The notes: generated by a model not told the origin, from the sequence alone. A DNA stretch of 64,000 bases from an uncultured Spirochaetota bacterium (GCA_964521865.1 CAZFTJ010000003.1:183745-247744), one strand, 5' to 3'; shown: positions 38,736 to 49,602, counted from the first letter of the stretch. Translations and numbers: made by a program.

Positions 38736-39269
38736 ATGAAAGAAATCGAGATTAAATTCCCGGTCAAAGGCTTTACGATATACAGGAAAAGGCTGAACGA
38801 TCAAAACGCCGTAAAAAAGGCCTCGTTTTTGGAAGACAACATCGTCTTTGACGATGAAACAGGTACATTGAAACGCGGAGGAAAGCTCCTTCGCCTCAGG
38901 AAAAGCGACCGTGTAACGCTCACCTTTAAGAACCCTGTGGAAAGATCTCGCTTCAAGGTAATGGACGAGCATGAAGTGGTGGTTTCCGACTTCGATGAAG
39001 CCGTCGCCATCCTCAATGCGCTCGGTTTTCACCGGGTTTTCCGCTACCAGAAAAAAAGGGATATATTCGAAACAGGCGGTGTGTACGTCCTTCTCGATGA
39101 AACGCCGATCGGCAATTTCATCGAAATCGAAGGCGAGAGGGAGCGCATCGCCGATACCGCACGCCTTCTCGGTTTGTCCATGGACGACGGCCTATCGGAC
39201 AATTACAGAGAGCTTTATCAAAGGCACTGTAAAAAAGAGGGGATCGAGCCTTCGGATATGATCTTTTAA
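38736..39269 (+). CDS. CYTH-domain protein (class IV adenylate cyclase / triphosphate tunnel metalloenzyme family)
   Basis: 177 aa; N-terminal EIEIKF signature and alternating acidic/basic beta-strand pattern of the CYTH fold. Confidence 0.7.
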   Translation: MKEIEIKFPVKGFTIYRKRLNDQNAVKKASFLEDNIVFDDETGTLKRGGKLLRLRKSDRVTLTFKNPVERSRFKVMDEHEVVVSDFDEAVAILNALGFHRVFRYQKKRDIFETGGVYVLLDETPIGNFIEIEGERERIADTARLLGLSMDDGLSDNYRELYQRHCKKEGIEPSDMIF

Positions 39270-39424
39270 TACCTTCCGATATTTTGCCGGATAAAACGAT
39301 TATTCTTGAATAAAGTAGAAATTTGCAGGTTGTATGCTGCTGTTTTAAAATGTTGTATCTTCAGGCGACGACGAAATCCCGAGACACCGAGACGCGATAG
39401 CCGGTCTGGCAGGGGAAATGAGTT

Positions 39425-39862
39425 TCAACTGAGACGCAGGAAATTCAAAACGCGGTCACGCGGTGCTGCACCGATAAGCCGGTCCACCTCTTTTCCATCC
39501 CTGAACAGGATGAGGGTCGGAATACCCTGAACGCCGTGTCGTGCGGCAAGATCCGGGTTGTCATCGGAGTTGACCTTCGCGATTTTTATTCTTCCCGCGT
39601 AATTTCCGGCGATCTCGTTAAGCAGCGGTCCCATCATACTGCACGGCCCGCACCATGGTGCCCAGAAATCAACGGCGGTGGGAATTGTCTCTTCGAGCAC
39701 CTCCCGTGCCAAATCCTGTTCCGATGTTATATCGACAGTCCGATCTGGAACAACGAGCTGAGCTTTACATTTACCGCAGCGCAGTATTGAAGACAGGAGG
39801 TCCAGCTGAACCCTGTTTTTCGCCCCGCAGCTTCTGCATTTTAAAAGAATTGTATTGCTCAT
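39425..39862 (-). CDS. trxC: Thioredoxin 2-type protein with N-terminal zinc-ribbon
   Basis: 145 aa; N-terminal CRSC...CGKC (two CxxC), then a thioredoxin fold with active site WAPWCGPC. Confidence 0.85.
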   Translation of the reverse strand: MSNTILLKCRSCGAKNRVQLDLLSSILRCGKCKAQLVVPDRTVDITSEQDLAREVLEETIPTAVDFWAPWCGPCSMMGPLLNEIAGNYAGRIKIAKVNSDDNPDLAARHGVQGIPTLILFRDGKEVDRLIGAAPRDRVLNFLRLS

Positions 39863-40118
39863 CTTTTTCCGTTCTCAAAACGACTCTCTGCTGAACATAA
39901 GGTATTATTAAAAAAATAAAACGAAAAGTACAAACTGAAGCGGCAAAACGCCGGTATGATACCCATCAGAATGCGGACAAATGAGATTTAATGCCGTTCA
40001 CCAGCGGCTTTATCCGGATGCAAATCGTCCGGATAACGTCCTGTTTCAGCCGTCCCGGATATAAATTGACATGAATAGTTGCGGGTTATATATTTGGTAA
40101 AAACTTCGGTATGTATAT

Positions 40119-42425
40119 ATGCTCAAAAAGTTTGCGCGTTTCGTCGTCCGATTGAGAGTACCCGTCATCATTTCCGTTATCGCGCTCACCGCTTTGCTTG
40201 GATTTTTTGCCACCAGAGTAAAGATGTCGTCAAATCTCATGGACCTCGCTCCGGAGAAAAGTCCCGAGCTTATCGCCCTGAAACAAAACCTACAGAAATT
40301 CGGTTCTTCAAGATTTGTCATGATAAGCGTAAAGTCGGATGACGCTTATTCGCTTTCCACTCTCACGAAGATAAAAAAAATATCGGATGAGATTGAAAAA
40401 CTTCCGGAAGTAGAAGAGGTCCTCAATCCCCTCAATGCCACGGTTTTTAAGTATCTATTCGGAATGCTCGTGGTCAAAAAGAGCTTTCCCGGGGGCCAGA
40501 TTCCCGAATCCAGAGAAAAAATACAGAAGCTCAAGCAGGAAATGCTTTCGGAGCCGATATTGAAAAATGTCGTGGTATCTGAAAACGGCGAATCTCTCGC
40601 TATCTATATCAAACTCAAAGACGATAAGGACCCGCAGTATTTCAGGGACGAGCTCATGAAAATTATCAATAAGTACAGCGGCCCTGAAAAATTTTATATG
40701 GCCGGAAGTCCGGTAATCGAAAGCTGGGTCAAAGACTATATGAAAAGAGATTTTGTCCGCCTCGCACTGCCGATTGTGCTTCTTGTCGTCGTTGTACTCT
40801 TTATCAACTTCAAATCGCTGCGGGGCGTCGTGCTTCCGATTTCCATCATGCTCGGCAGCATTATCTGGACCCTCGGCCTCATGGGAATATTCGGTAAATC
40901 GATTACCATGGTGGGGGTCATGCTGCCCACCCTCATCCTCGTCATATCGAGCTCATACAGTATTCATTTTCTCAACCAGTATTACAAGGATATCTTCGCT
41001 GATCAGCATAAGATACGTAATGTGGAAAGGGCAATTCTCCACATTGGGAAAACCATCTTTCTCGCCGCTCTTACCACTATTGCCGGTTTTGCGGCCCTTA
41101 CGATCAACAGGATAAAGCCGATGATGGACCTCGGCGTCTTTGTTCTTATCGGAGTCTTTATCGCCATGCTGCTGAGCCTCACCTTTCTTCCCGGCGTCCT
41201 GTGCATAGTAAAAAAACCGAGGGCAGTGACATACGCATCGAGTGAGGGAAGCGCCATGAACCGCTTTTTCTGCAGGCTCGGTGAAGTGGTTATACTGCGG
41301 TGGAAGATCATCCTTGTCATTGCCATCATGATTGGCATATGGTCTGCGCTGGGGATTCACAACATTAAAATCGACACGAGCTGGAAGCGGTATTTTAAAA
41401 AAAATTCACAAATCCTCGTGAGCCAGGGCTTCATCAAGTCCAATTTCGGCAGTGTTTCAACGATAAACGTCAGTCTGACCACGGACGAAGGTTCTAACAT
41501 AGATTTCAGAAACCTCAAAACCCTGCGGTACGCCGACAAAATAGAGCAGTGGATACGGAACCGACATCTCCTGGGGCCGACAAATTCGCTCGTTGGATAC
41601 ATAAAACGGGCGAACCAGCTTTTACACGATAACAATCCCGATGAATACCGGCTTCCCGACAATGATGCAGAGATGCTGAAGATCCTTCTCATGTTCAAGA
41701 TGTCTAAATTCACAAAAAGTCTCGGCAATGTGATTACTCCCGATTTCAAGAATGCGAATATTGTAGTCAGAACCTCCGCCGCAAACGAAAAGGAGGTGAC
41801 CATTCCCGATTTAAAGCGATTTGAAAAAAACTTCAGGGAGTTTATTAAAGAAAACCCTTTTGAGGGCATAACTGTTACTCTTTCCGGCGTCGACCTTATC
41901 TATGTATCGCTTATAGATTATCTCGTCCGGTCCCAGCTTACGAGTATTGCCATAAGCGTCGTCATCGTTTTTTTTATCATCGCATACACATTCAGGTCCT
42001 TTGTTTTCGGCCTCTTCGGGCTCATCCCGATTATCTTCGGCCTTCTTCTCAACTTCGGAGCAATGAGCTACTTCAACGTGCCGATGGATTTTATTACTTC
42101 GATGATCGCGAGTATCGCGGTGGGGCTCGGTGTCGACAACAGTATCCACTACCTGATACGATTTTCCAAGACAAAGCACACACTGCCGCTCAACGAGCGG
42201 ATCAAACGCGCCCTGGTCAATTCCGGCATTCCCATATTTTTTACCTCATTCACACTGGTAGCTGGGTTCTGCGTTTTACTCTTCTCGAGCTTCAAGCCGA
42301 TTCTGTACTTCGGCCTTTTGATTTCGGTTACCATGCTCGGCTGCCTTATCGGCGTTATTTTCATCCTGCCCGCTTTTATATACTTTATCAAACCGAAGGC
42401 GATAATAAAGGGGAGGATAAGCTAG
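40119..42425 (+). CDS. MMPL/RND-superfamily exporter
   Basis: 768 aa with two repeated halves, each a soluble loop followed by 5-6 hydrophobic helices; duplicated RND-type motif (GVDNSIHYL in the second half). Confidence 0.75.
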   Translation: MLKKFARFVVRLRVPVIISVIALTALLGFFATRVKMSSNLMDLAPEKSPELIALKQNLQKFGSSRFVMISVKSDDAYSLSTLTKIKKISDEIEKLPEVEEVLNPLNATVFKYLFGMLVVKKSFPGGQIPESREKIQKLKQEMLSEPILKNVVVSENGESLAIYIKLKDDKDPQYFRDELMKIINKYSGPEKFYMAGSPVIESWVKDYMKRDFVRLALPIVLLVVVVLFINFKSLRGVVLPISIMLGSIIWTLGLMGIFGKSITMVGVMLPTLILVISSSYSIHFLNQYYKDIFADQHKIRNVERAILHIGKTIFLAALTTIAGFAALTINRIKPMMDLGVFVLIGVFIAMLLSLTFLPGVLCIVKKPRAVTYASSEGSAMNRFFCRLGEVVILRWKIILVIAIMIGIWSALGIHNIKIDTSWKRYFKKNSQILVSQGFIKSNFGSVSTINVSLTTDEGSNIDFRNLKTLRYADKIEQWIRNRHLLGPTNSLVGYIKRANQLLHDNNPDEYRLPDNDAEMLKILLMFKMSKFTKSLGNVITPDFKNANIVVRTSAANEKEVTIPDLKRFEKNFREFIKENPFEGITVTLSGVDLIYVSLIDYLVRSQLTSIAISVVIVFFIIAYTFRSFVFGLFGLIPIIFGLLLNFGAMSYFNVPMDFITSMIASIAVGLGVDNSIHYLIRFSKTKHTLPLNERIKRALVNSGIPIFFTSFTLVAGFCVLLFSSFKPILYFGLLISVTMLGCLIGVIFILPAFIYFIKPKAIIKGRIS

Positions 42426-42426
42426 A

Positions 42427-43119
42427 CTACTTGCGGCTCTCTTTGTTGACAACATCGAGGTGGTGTCTGATTTCTTCGTTATGGGGCGCATATTTGAGGG
42501 CCTTTTTCAGATAACTTCTTGCCTGTGAGAGCGCACCAAGTTTATAGTGCACCCACCCGAGACTGTCCAGGTATGCCGGGTTTTCCCTGTCGAGTGAAAC
42601 GGCTTTTTTGCATTCTTTCAGCGCCTCATTGAGATTCAGGTTCGATTCCGCGAAGATGTACCCGAGCGAGTTATGGGCGTTTGCATTAGAAGGATCGATC
42701 TCAATCGCCCGGTACAGGTTCATAACCGCCTCTTTGAATTTACCGATCCGATCGAGAATATAGCCGATAGCAGCATACGCGGGGGCGCTTTCGATCCCGC
42801 TTTTCACGATATCCTTGAACTGCGACAGCGCGGAGTCATAGTCCTCGAGTATTGTATAGATGTATCCGAGTATCATCTGGGTCTGGACCTTATGGATGTA
42901 TGCGAGTTCTGAATTGATTACCTTTTGCAGGTAATCGATCGCCGCATCGTAGCGTTTGAGACGTGCGTAAGTAATGCCGAGAAAGTAATGTATCTCCGGA
43001 TTGTCCTTATCCAGTGCAAAGGCATCTAGAAAGTGCTGCAGCGCCTGGTCGTGATCGGAGACTTTTAAATCCGCCCTGCCTGCTGTAATAAGCTGTTCGA
43101 TATTTCCAGACTTTTTCAT
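42427..43119 (-). CDS. TPR-repeat protein
   Basis: 230 aa made of consecutive 34-aa TPR-like units (AIDYLQKVI, AYAAIGYILDRIGKFKEAVMNLYRAIEIDP, AHNSLGYIFAE). Confidence 0.65.
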   Translation of the reverse strand: MKKSGNIEQLITAGRADLKVSDHDQALQHFLDAFALDKDNPEIHYFLGITYARLKRYDAAIDYLQKVINSELAYIHKVQTQMILGYIYTILEDYDSALSQFKDIVKSGIESAPAYAAIGYILDRIGKFKEAVMNLYRAIEIDPSNANAHNSLGYIFAESNLNLNEALKECKKAVSLDRENPAYLDSLGWVHYKLGALSQARSYLKKALKYAPHNEEIRHHLDVVNKESRK

Positions 43120-43221
43120 TGTCAGATGGTGAAAGCCGCCTGTTTAATAGAATAAATATCGTCCCACAGCCCGAGTATGTCAGTCATTCCCCGCCACTCG
43201 TTACCGGATTGCAGTTTCCAC

Positions 43222-43986
43222 CTATTCCATGAGAGTAGTAATATTCCACCTCTTCAGCTTTTCCACAACATCAACCGCCGTTATATCCATGCGAAGCGGT
43301 GTTATCGACACGCTGTTGTCATGAACGGCCCGCACATCGGTACCGAGTTCATCGATTTCATGAACGAGCGAGCCTTCGATCCAGTAATACTTGTTCTTTT
43401 TCGGGTCTTCACGCTCAACGAGCGCATCGTCATAATCTCGCCGTCCCATGCGGGTTATCTCTATGCCCTTGACGTCCTCTATCTTAATGTTCGGAACATT
43501 CAGGTTTAAGATAATATTCCTGTCCAGGTTGCGCTCCACGATTCTGCCGAGCAGTTTCTTTGCGAAATGGGCAGCTGTTTTATAGTGCACCATTCGTCCG
43601 CTGTTGTCAATGGAAACTGCAATACCGGGGATATTGTGCGTGGTTGCCTGAAATGCCGCCGATACGGTGCCCGAATAAAACACATCTGTTCCCAAATTCA
43701 ACCCGTTGTTGATTCCGGTTACCACCATATCGATCCTCTGCTTAATAATGCCCAATAGAGCGAGATGCACGGCGTCAACAGGCGTTCCATCGATTGCATA
43801 AACCCTCCCCTCCTCGATTACCTTCACCCGTAACGGGTCGTGCAGTGACATGGAATGACCGGCAGCGCTTCTCTCTCTGTCCGGAGCCACCACAAATACT
43901 CGATAGTCCGGCTCCAGATGTTCCTTGAGCGCCCATATGCCTCTGCTGTTTATGCCGTCGTCATTTGATATGAGAACATTCTTCAT
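43222..43986 (-). CDS. surE: 5'/3'-nucleotidase SurE
   Basis: Start at the internal ATG (MKNVLISNDDGINSRGI); SurE motifs NDDGI and APDRERSAAGHS. Confidence 0.85.
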   Translation of the reverse strand: MKNVLISNDDGINSRGIWALKEHLEPDYRVFVVAPDRERSAAGHSMSLHDPLRVKVIEEGRVYAIDGTPVDAVHLALLGIIKQRIDMVVTGINNGLNLGTDVFYSGTVSAAFQATTHNIPGIAVSIDNSGRMVHYKTAAHFAKKLLGRIVERNLDRNIILNLNVPNIKIEDVKGIEITRMGRRDYDDALVEREDPKKNKYYWIEGSLVHEIDELGTDVRAVHDNSVSITPLRMDITAVDVVEKLKRWNITTLME

Positions 43987-44216
43987 AAAAAAACACCTCC
44001 GGTTATTCTTACATCGTTCCCGGTACCGAATGACTGTTCCAGTGGTCCCGGCATCCATTTTTTCTGGTAAAAGGTAAAAGACAAAGCTCTAAAGAAAAGG
44101 GCAAGAAAATTAAAAAAAATTAATTTCCTTTTAATGGAGATTTAATCCTGATGCTTTATATATAAGTACATTGAGCCTAAAGCTCAAATAAAAAATTTTT
44201 TCCAGGAGGTGTTGTT

Positions 44217-44723
44217 ATGACACTTAAAAAAAGATTCAAGATTGTTGCCGTGTCGATACTGGCGGGAAGTTTCGTTTTACTGAGTGTTGCAGGGTTGCAG
44301 GCTCAGGGCAGCAGGACAAAACAGACAGATACAAGCAACAAAGGATCGATTTATGCGGGCGAACACGAAAAAGGCACAGCGCAGGGAGATGCCGAGCTTG
44401 CCGGGCAGGCCAGGATAACCGCAGCTGATGCTGTAAAGGCAGCTTCAAATGCCTATCCCGGGTATACGACAGATAGGGTTGAAATCGAGAATGAGAATGG
44501 TTACCTTATCTACTCCGTAAAAATGCTCGATAAATCCGGAAAGGTTTTACATGTAAAGGTAGATGCGGGCGATGCAAAGATTTTAGCGGAAGATAAGTCT
44601 GCCGATAATGACGGCGAAACCAACGACTCAAGGAGAGAAAGTGAAAAGAACGGAAATGAGCATGAGAATGGACATGATACGGACAATAAACAAAACGAAC
44701 AGCAGGGGGAACACGAAGGATAA
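44217..44723 (+). CDS. Secreted PepSY-domain protein with acidic low-complexity tail
   Basis: Signal peptide, PepSY-like core (ITAADAVKAASNAYPGYTTDRVEIENENGYLIYSVKMLDKSGKVLHVKVDAGDAKIL), then an Asp/Glu/Asn/His-rich tail. Confidence 0.6.
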   Translation: MTLKKRFKIVAVSILAGSFVLLSVAGLQAQGSRTKQTDTSNKGSIYAGEHEKGTAQGDAELAGQARITAADAVKAASNAYPGYTTDRVEIENENGYLIYSVKMLDKSGKVLHVKVDAGDAKILAEDKSADNDGETNDSRRESEKNGNEHENGHDTDNKQNEQQGEHEG

Positions 44724-44754
44724 TTTGAAAGAATAAAAACCCCATGCTTTGTAA

Positions 44755-44790
44755 GCTTCCGCCCTGTTAAAAGGGCAGAAGCTTTTTTTT
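44755..44790 (+). terminator. Rho-independent terminator after the PepSY gene
   Basis: GCTTCCGCCCT-gttaaa-AGGGCAGAAGC (10 of 11 bp paired) followed by T8. Confidence 0.65.
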
Positions 44791-44999
44791 GATTTTTTTG
44801 CAGCCCAGAAAATAAAAGAATCGACCGTTTATGTCGTTTCATGAAAGTTGCTTCCTGATACTCGATTGACCTGACGTCCCTGCCTCGATAAACAATTCAA
44901 TACAAGATTAAAAAATTTTAATTTTTAACTCATCCCTGTTTAATGTTCTGTTCGTATATATGTCGAGAGGAAAAAGAAATTTATCAAGGGGGTGCAATC

Positions 45000-45629
45000 A
45001 TGAAGGGAATGCGATTGGTAGTAGTCGTTACTGTAATTTTGGTCGGTGCAGTCTTTACCGGATGCAGTAAAAAAAATACGTCTGCCGAAAACAGGGCCTC
45101 TTCCTCACAAAACATGCACGCAGATACTCAACGTGCAGAAAAACCGGTTGCTCCGGAAAAAAATCCGCCCGGAGATATTCCCGATAACCAGGCATTTGTT
45201 ACATATATTTCCGCTGCAGGCGGTTATGAGCTCGAGGTCCCTGAAGGCTGGGCGCGGAAAACAAACGGTATGAATGTCGTTTTCACAGAAAAATTGGATG
45301 GACTTTCCACCGTCCTTACAAATTCATCGCAAACACCCGGTGTAGAGAGTATTCGCGCCGATCAAGCTGAAAAACTGAAAAAAACAGGAAGGGCTGTAAC
45401 AATTAAGAAAATTAAGGATGTAAAACTTGCAAGCGGACCCGCTGTGCTCATGGTGTATGAATCCAACTCCGAGCCGGATCCTGTTACCGCTAAACAGATG
45501 CGTCTCGAAAATGATACATTTTTCTTTTTTAAAAAGGGCAGGATTGCCGAGCTCAGATTATGGGCGCCTCTCGGTGCCGATAATGTCGACCAGTGGAAGC
45601 GAATCTCAAATAGTTTCAGATGGAGGTAA
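45000..45629 (+). CDS. Lipoprotein of unknown function, first gene of the ABC cassette
   Basis: Start at ATG 45000 preceded by AAGGGGG; signal peptide with lipobox VFTGC; no recognisable catalytic motif. Confidence 0.55.
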   Translation: MKGMRLVVVVTVILVGAVFTGCSKKNTSAENRASSSQNMHADTQRAEKPVAPEKNPPGDIPDNQAFVTYISAAGGYELEVPEGWARKTNGMNVVFTEKLDGLSTVLTNSSQTPGVESIRADQAEKLKKTGRAVTIKKIKDVKLASGPAVLMVYESNSEPDPVTAKQMRLENDTFFFFKKGRIAELRLWAPLGADNVDQWKRISNSFRWR

Positions 45630-45630
45630 T

Positions 45631-46296
45631 ATGAGAGTACTGGAGGGATTCGACATATACCGTTTTTATCATGTAGAAGAGGAAGAAACGCTCGCCTTGC
45701 GAGGAGTGAGTATTCATGTCGATTCGGGAGAAATTGTTGCGGTGCAGGGCCCTTCCGGCAGCGGCAAATCCACACTCCTGGCATGCCTCGCAGGGCTCGA
45801 CGAGCCCGACGGCGGATGTGTAATGCTTTTGGGTAAACGGATCACAAGGCGTGCGGAGGTGGAACGCGCAAAAATACGCGCCCGGATGCTCGGCATAATG
45901 CTCCAGTCTGGAAATCTCCTTGATCATCTTTCTGTCGAGGACAATATAAGGCTCCAAATGCATATTGCGGAAAAGATCAATAAAAAACGGCTGGGAGAAT
46001 TAATTGAAATGACAGGATTAATACACCGCGGGCACGCGTATCCCTCACAAATCTCAGGAGGGGAAGCTGCGCGTGCCGGTCTTGCCGTTGCAATTGCCGC
46101 AGAGCCGATACTGCTGCTTGCAGACGAGCCGACCAGTGAAGTTGACGCCGAAACCGAGCGGCGTATTTTACAACTGCTTGACTGCTATAGAAAAAATGGG
46201 GGGGCGGTACTTGTTGTTACGCACAGCGATGCAGTGGCGCAATTTGCCGACCGTACCATCCATTTGTTTGATGGGAGGATTTTGGAAAATGTCTAA
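45631..46296 (+). CDS. ABC transporter ATP-binding protein with degenerate signature motif
   Basis: Walker A GPSGSGKST, Walker B LLLADEPTSEVD, H-loop VTHS; signature reads ISGGEAARAGLAVA rather than LSGGQQQR. Confidence 0.8.
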   Translation: MRVLEGFDIYRFYHVEEEETLALRGVSIHVDSGEIVAVQGPSGSGKSTLLACLAGLDEPDGGCVMLLGKRITRRAEVERAKIRARMLGIMLQSGNLLDHLSVEDNIRLQMHIAEKINKKRLGELIEMTGLIHRGHAYPSQISGGEAARAGLAVAIAAEPILLLADEPTSEVDAETERRILQLLDCYRKNGGAVLVVTHSDAVAQFADRTIHLFDGRILENV

Positions 46297-46951
46297 TACA
46301 TATGTCAATATGCAGGATATCTGGAGAATTTATGTACGGGGAAAGACTATTATTACTGCACTTGATTCGATCTATTGTAAAGTGCATACCGGTGATCGAA
46401 TTGCAGTGGTCGGACCATCGGGAAGCGGCAAATCAACGCTGCTGCATATCATGGGCGGGCTTGATACACCGACAAAAGGAACTATCGCCTGGCCCGCCTT
46501 CGGCAGGAAAGAGCACCTCCGCCCTGAAGAAGTCGGCTTTGTATTTCAATCAGTCAGCCTCTTCCCCTCGCTCACCATACTGGAAAACATCGAGCTCCCG
46601 CTTCTGCTCAGATATATAAAACCGTTGGAGGCGCTGGATTCCGCCATGACGGCTCTTAAATACATGGAGCTTGAGCCGATTGCGTATAAATTACCGGAGG
46701 AAGTTTCCGGAGGTCAAGCCCAACGTGTTGCAGTCGCCCGTGCACTGGCATCCAACCCGCGACTAATTCTTGCAGATGAACCGACCGGACAGCTCGATCA
46801 TCCCACTGCGGAGCATCTTTTTGATTTACTTCTTAAATCCCTGGAATCATCGGAAATGGCGCTGGTCGTCGCAACTCACGATTCTTTGATAGCGAGGCGG
46901 ATGGATAAAATCTGGCACATGAAGCACGGCAGGATGGAGGTGTTAAAATGA
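46289..46951 (+). CDS. ABC transporter ATP-binding protein with canonical motifs
   Basis: Walker A GPSGSGKST, signature VSGGQAQRVAVARA, Walker B LILADEPTGQLD, H-loop ATHD. ATG overlaps the upstream stop. Confidence 0.82.
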   Translation: MSNTYVNMQDIWRIYVRGKTIITALDSIYCKVHTGDRIAVVGPSGSGKSTLLHIMGGLDTPTKGTIAWPAFGRKEHLRPEEVGFVFQSVSLFPSLTILENIELPLLLRYIKPLEALDSAMTALKYMELEPIAYKLPEEVSGGQAQRVAVARALASNPRLILADEPTGQLDHPTAEHLFDLLLKSLESSEMALVVATHDSLIARRMDKIWHMKHGRMEVLK

Positions 46952-49602
46952 TTTTCCTGTTCCGATGGATCAAAGGGATATTTATCTCTCGTTCGGGCAG
47001 CCTCCTCGGAGCAATAGCCGGAACAGCTCTCACCATGACTTTTCTCGCATCCCTCGGAATATTTCTTGCTGCGAGCTCTGCAACATTGACTAAACGGGCG
47101 GTATCGGACGTTCCGGTGGACTGGCAGATACTGCTCACGTCCAGCGCGAAAGAGCATAAAATCACAGAAGCAATCGGGAAAACGACCAAATACACAGCAC
47201 TGGAAAAAGTCGGCTATGCAAATGTGAGCGGATTTTCGGCAGCAACAGGGGGAACGGTTCAGACTACCGGACCTGGAAAGGTACTTGGAATCGGCCCGGG
47301 TTACCTGGACAGTTTTCCAAGGGAAATACGCTCGCTTACGGGTTTGAAACAGGGGGTGCTTGTTTTTCAGCAAACCGCAGCAAACCTGCATGTGAAAGAG
47401 GGGAATATCGTTACCGTAATGAGAACAGGATTAGCGCCGGTTCAGGTAAAGGTTGAGGGTATAGTCGATCTTCCTTACGCGGATTCATTATTTCAGGCAG
47501 TAGGAGTCCCACCGGGCATGGCTCCAAAAGCACCCCCGGATAACGTACTTTTAATGCCGGAAAGCAGGTGGCACGCCATTTTCGATCCCCAGGCCCGGAT
47601 ACGACCCGATACGGTACATGTACAATATCACATCCGTCTTGCGCATAACCTGCCTGCCGATCCGACGTCAGCATATACGTATGTAAAACAACTGGCCAAT
47701 AACCTGGAAGCTCGAATTGCAGGCAGTGGAATCGTGGGAAACAACATCGCCGCACGCCTGCTGGCAGTGCGTGCAGATGCGCTTTACGCCCGGGTACTCT
47801 TCCTCTTCCTGGGCCTGCCGGGCGCAATTCTCGCAATTCTGTTAACAGTATCCATTACAGCCTCCGGAAAGAACCACAGGCTTCAGGAACAGGTCCTGCT
47901 CAGAACCAGGGGAGCCTCAATCGGACAGATCCTGAAGTTTGAATCTTTGGAAGCTTTTATAACAGGGATATGCGGTGTGATTGTGGGAACGGCCCTCGTC
48001 TATTTAACCGAAAAGTTCCTTGCACCGGGTGCCATGATGAACAGATCGGCCATATTCTGGATTTCAGGTTCAGGCGCAGCAGGTCTTATCCTCGCCGTAA
48101 CCGGTGTAATGTACCCTGCATGGAAGCACGCCCGTTTGTTTACGGTATCGTCGTCAAGATCCCTTGTAAGGACTTCTGGAAGGTCTCTATGGCAGAAACT
48201 CTATCTTGATTTTATTTTAATCGCTTCTTCATTACTCATATACTGGAGAATCAGTAGTCTGGGGTACCAGGTAGTGCTGGCTCCTGAAGGCGTACCCCAG
48301 GCAACTGTACACTACGATGCCTTTATTGCGCCTTTTTGCCTGTGGGTTGGCGGTGTTTTATTTACCGTTCGTTTCTGGGAAAACGGCCTTAACCGGCGCC
48401 GTATTATTTCAAAACTTTTACACCCGGTTGCAGGGAACCTGTCGGGGGTTGTTGCCGCATCTCTCGGCCGCCAGCGTACGAGCCTTACACGCGGTGTTAT
48501 TTTAGTCGCCCTTGCGATATCCTTTGCCGTCTCCACGGCAATCTTTAATACGACCTACAATGCTCAGTCGGTGGTGGACGCACAGCTTACCAACGGTTCC
48601 GATGTAACGATACGGGGTTTGACAACAGCACCGCCTGATAAAATAATATCTCAGTTGAATAATCTCGAGGGAGTCTCTGCAGTACAGCCGATGATGCACA
48701 GATTTGCCTATGTTGGGAACGATCTGCAGGATATCTACGGTATCGACCCAAAACATATCGGAAAGGCAACAAGTATATCAAACGCCTATTTTGCAAACGG
48801 CAATGCAAAAGAGGCGCTTTCCCTGCTCGTTCAACAACCGGATGGGGTTCTGGTTTCAGAGGAGACAAGGCGTGATTTCCAGCTTCATAAAGGAGATCGT
48901 TTAAATCTCCGACTGCAATTTGCAAACGATCATCAGTACCATATTGTACCTTTCAGGTATGTGGGAGTAGTGCGTGAGTTTCCCACCGCACCGACCGACT
49001 CCTTCCTTGTCGCAAATTCCAGTTATATTGCACAGAAAACAAAGATCAATGCAAAAGAAATAGTTTTAATAAAGGCAAGCGGCAATCCGACAAACCTTGG
49101 AGAGAAAGTAAAAAAGATTGTTGCTCCGCTTCCGGGTGCGAGAGTTACGGACATCGGCTCTACACAAAAAGTGATAAGTTCAAGTCTGACTTCAATAAAT
49201 CTACAAAGGCTCACCCGGTTGGAACTTGTTTTTGCAGTGTTGCTGGTAATGGGTGCAACCGGCTTGATACTTGGCCTCGGATTGAATGAGCGAAGGCGTA
49301 ATTTTGCAATTCTTGATGCACTCGGAGCGAAACGCAGTCAACTCGGTGCATTCATCTGGAGTGAAGGTATCCTGATGCTCATCGGGGGAATAATAATCGG
49401 CATGCTGCTTGGGTTTGGCATTGCTCATATACTTGTAAAGGTATTGAAAGGCGTTTTCGATCCCCCGCCGGAGCACCTCGTGATCCCGTGGGTGTACCTC
49501 GGATTGCTCGTCGCTGCTTCCGTTTCTTCTACAATTATTGCCGTGTTGGGAATGAAGTTCATTTCCCATCGACCGTTGACGGAAGAGCTCAGGAAATTGT
49601 AG
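46948..49602 (+). CDS. Large FtsX/MacB-type ABC permease
   Basis: 884 aa; two modules, each a large extracytoplasmic domain followed by a helical bundle with FtsX-type C-terminal helices. Start overlaps the preceding ATPase stop. Confidence 0.78.
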   Translation: MIFLFRWIKGIFISRSGSLLGAIAGTALTMTFLASLGIFLAASSATLTKRAVSDVPVDWQILLTSSAKEHKITEAIGKTTKYTALEKVGYANVSGFSAATGGTVQTTGPGKVLGIGPGYLDSFPREIRSLTGLKQGVLVFQQTAANLHVKEGNIVTVMRTGLAPVQVKVEGIVDLPYADSLFQAVGVPPGMAPKAPPDNVLLMPESRWHAIFDPQARIRPDTVHVQYHIRLAHNLPADPTSAYTYVKQLANNLEARIAGSGIVGNNIAARLLAVRADALYARVLFLFLGLPGAILAILLTVSITASGKNHRLQEQVLLRTRGASIGQILKFESLEAFITGICGVIVGTALVYLTEKFLAPGAMMNRSAIFWISGSGAAGLILAVTGVMYPAWKHARLFTVSSSRSLVRTSGRSLWQKLYLDFILIASSLLIYWRISSLGYQVVLAPEGVPQATVHYDAFIAPFCLWVGGVLFTVRFWENGLNRRRIISKLLHPVAGNLSGVVAASLGRQRTSLTRGVILVALAISFAVSTAIFNTTYNAQSVVDAQLTNGSDVTIRGLTTAPPDKIISQLNNLEGVSAVQPMMHRFAYVGNDLQDIYGIDPKHIGKATSISNAYFANGNAKEALSLLVQQPDGVLVSEETRRDFQLHKGDRLNLRLQFANDHQYHIVPFRYVGVVREFPTAPTDSFLVANSSYIAQKTKINAKEIVLIKASGNPTNLGEKVKKIVAPLPGARVTDIGSTQKVISSSLTSINLQRLTRLELVFAVLLVMGATGLILGLGLNERRRNFAILDALGAKRSQLGAFIWSEGILMLIGGIIIGMLLGFGIAHILVKVLKGVFDPPPEHLVIPWVYLGLLVAASVSSTIIAVLGMKFISHRPLTEELRKL

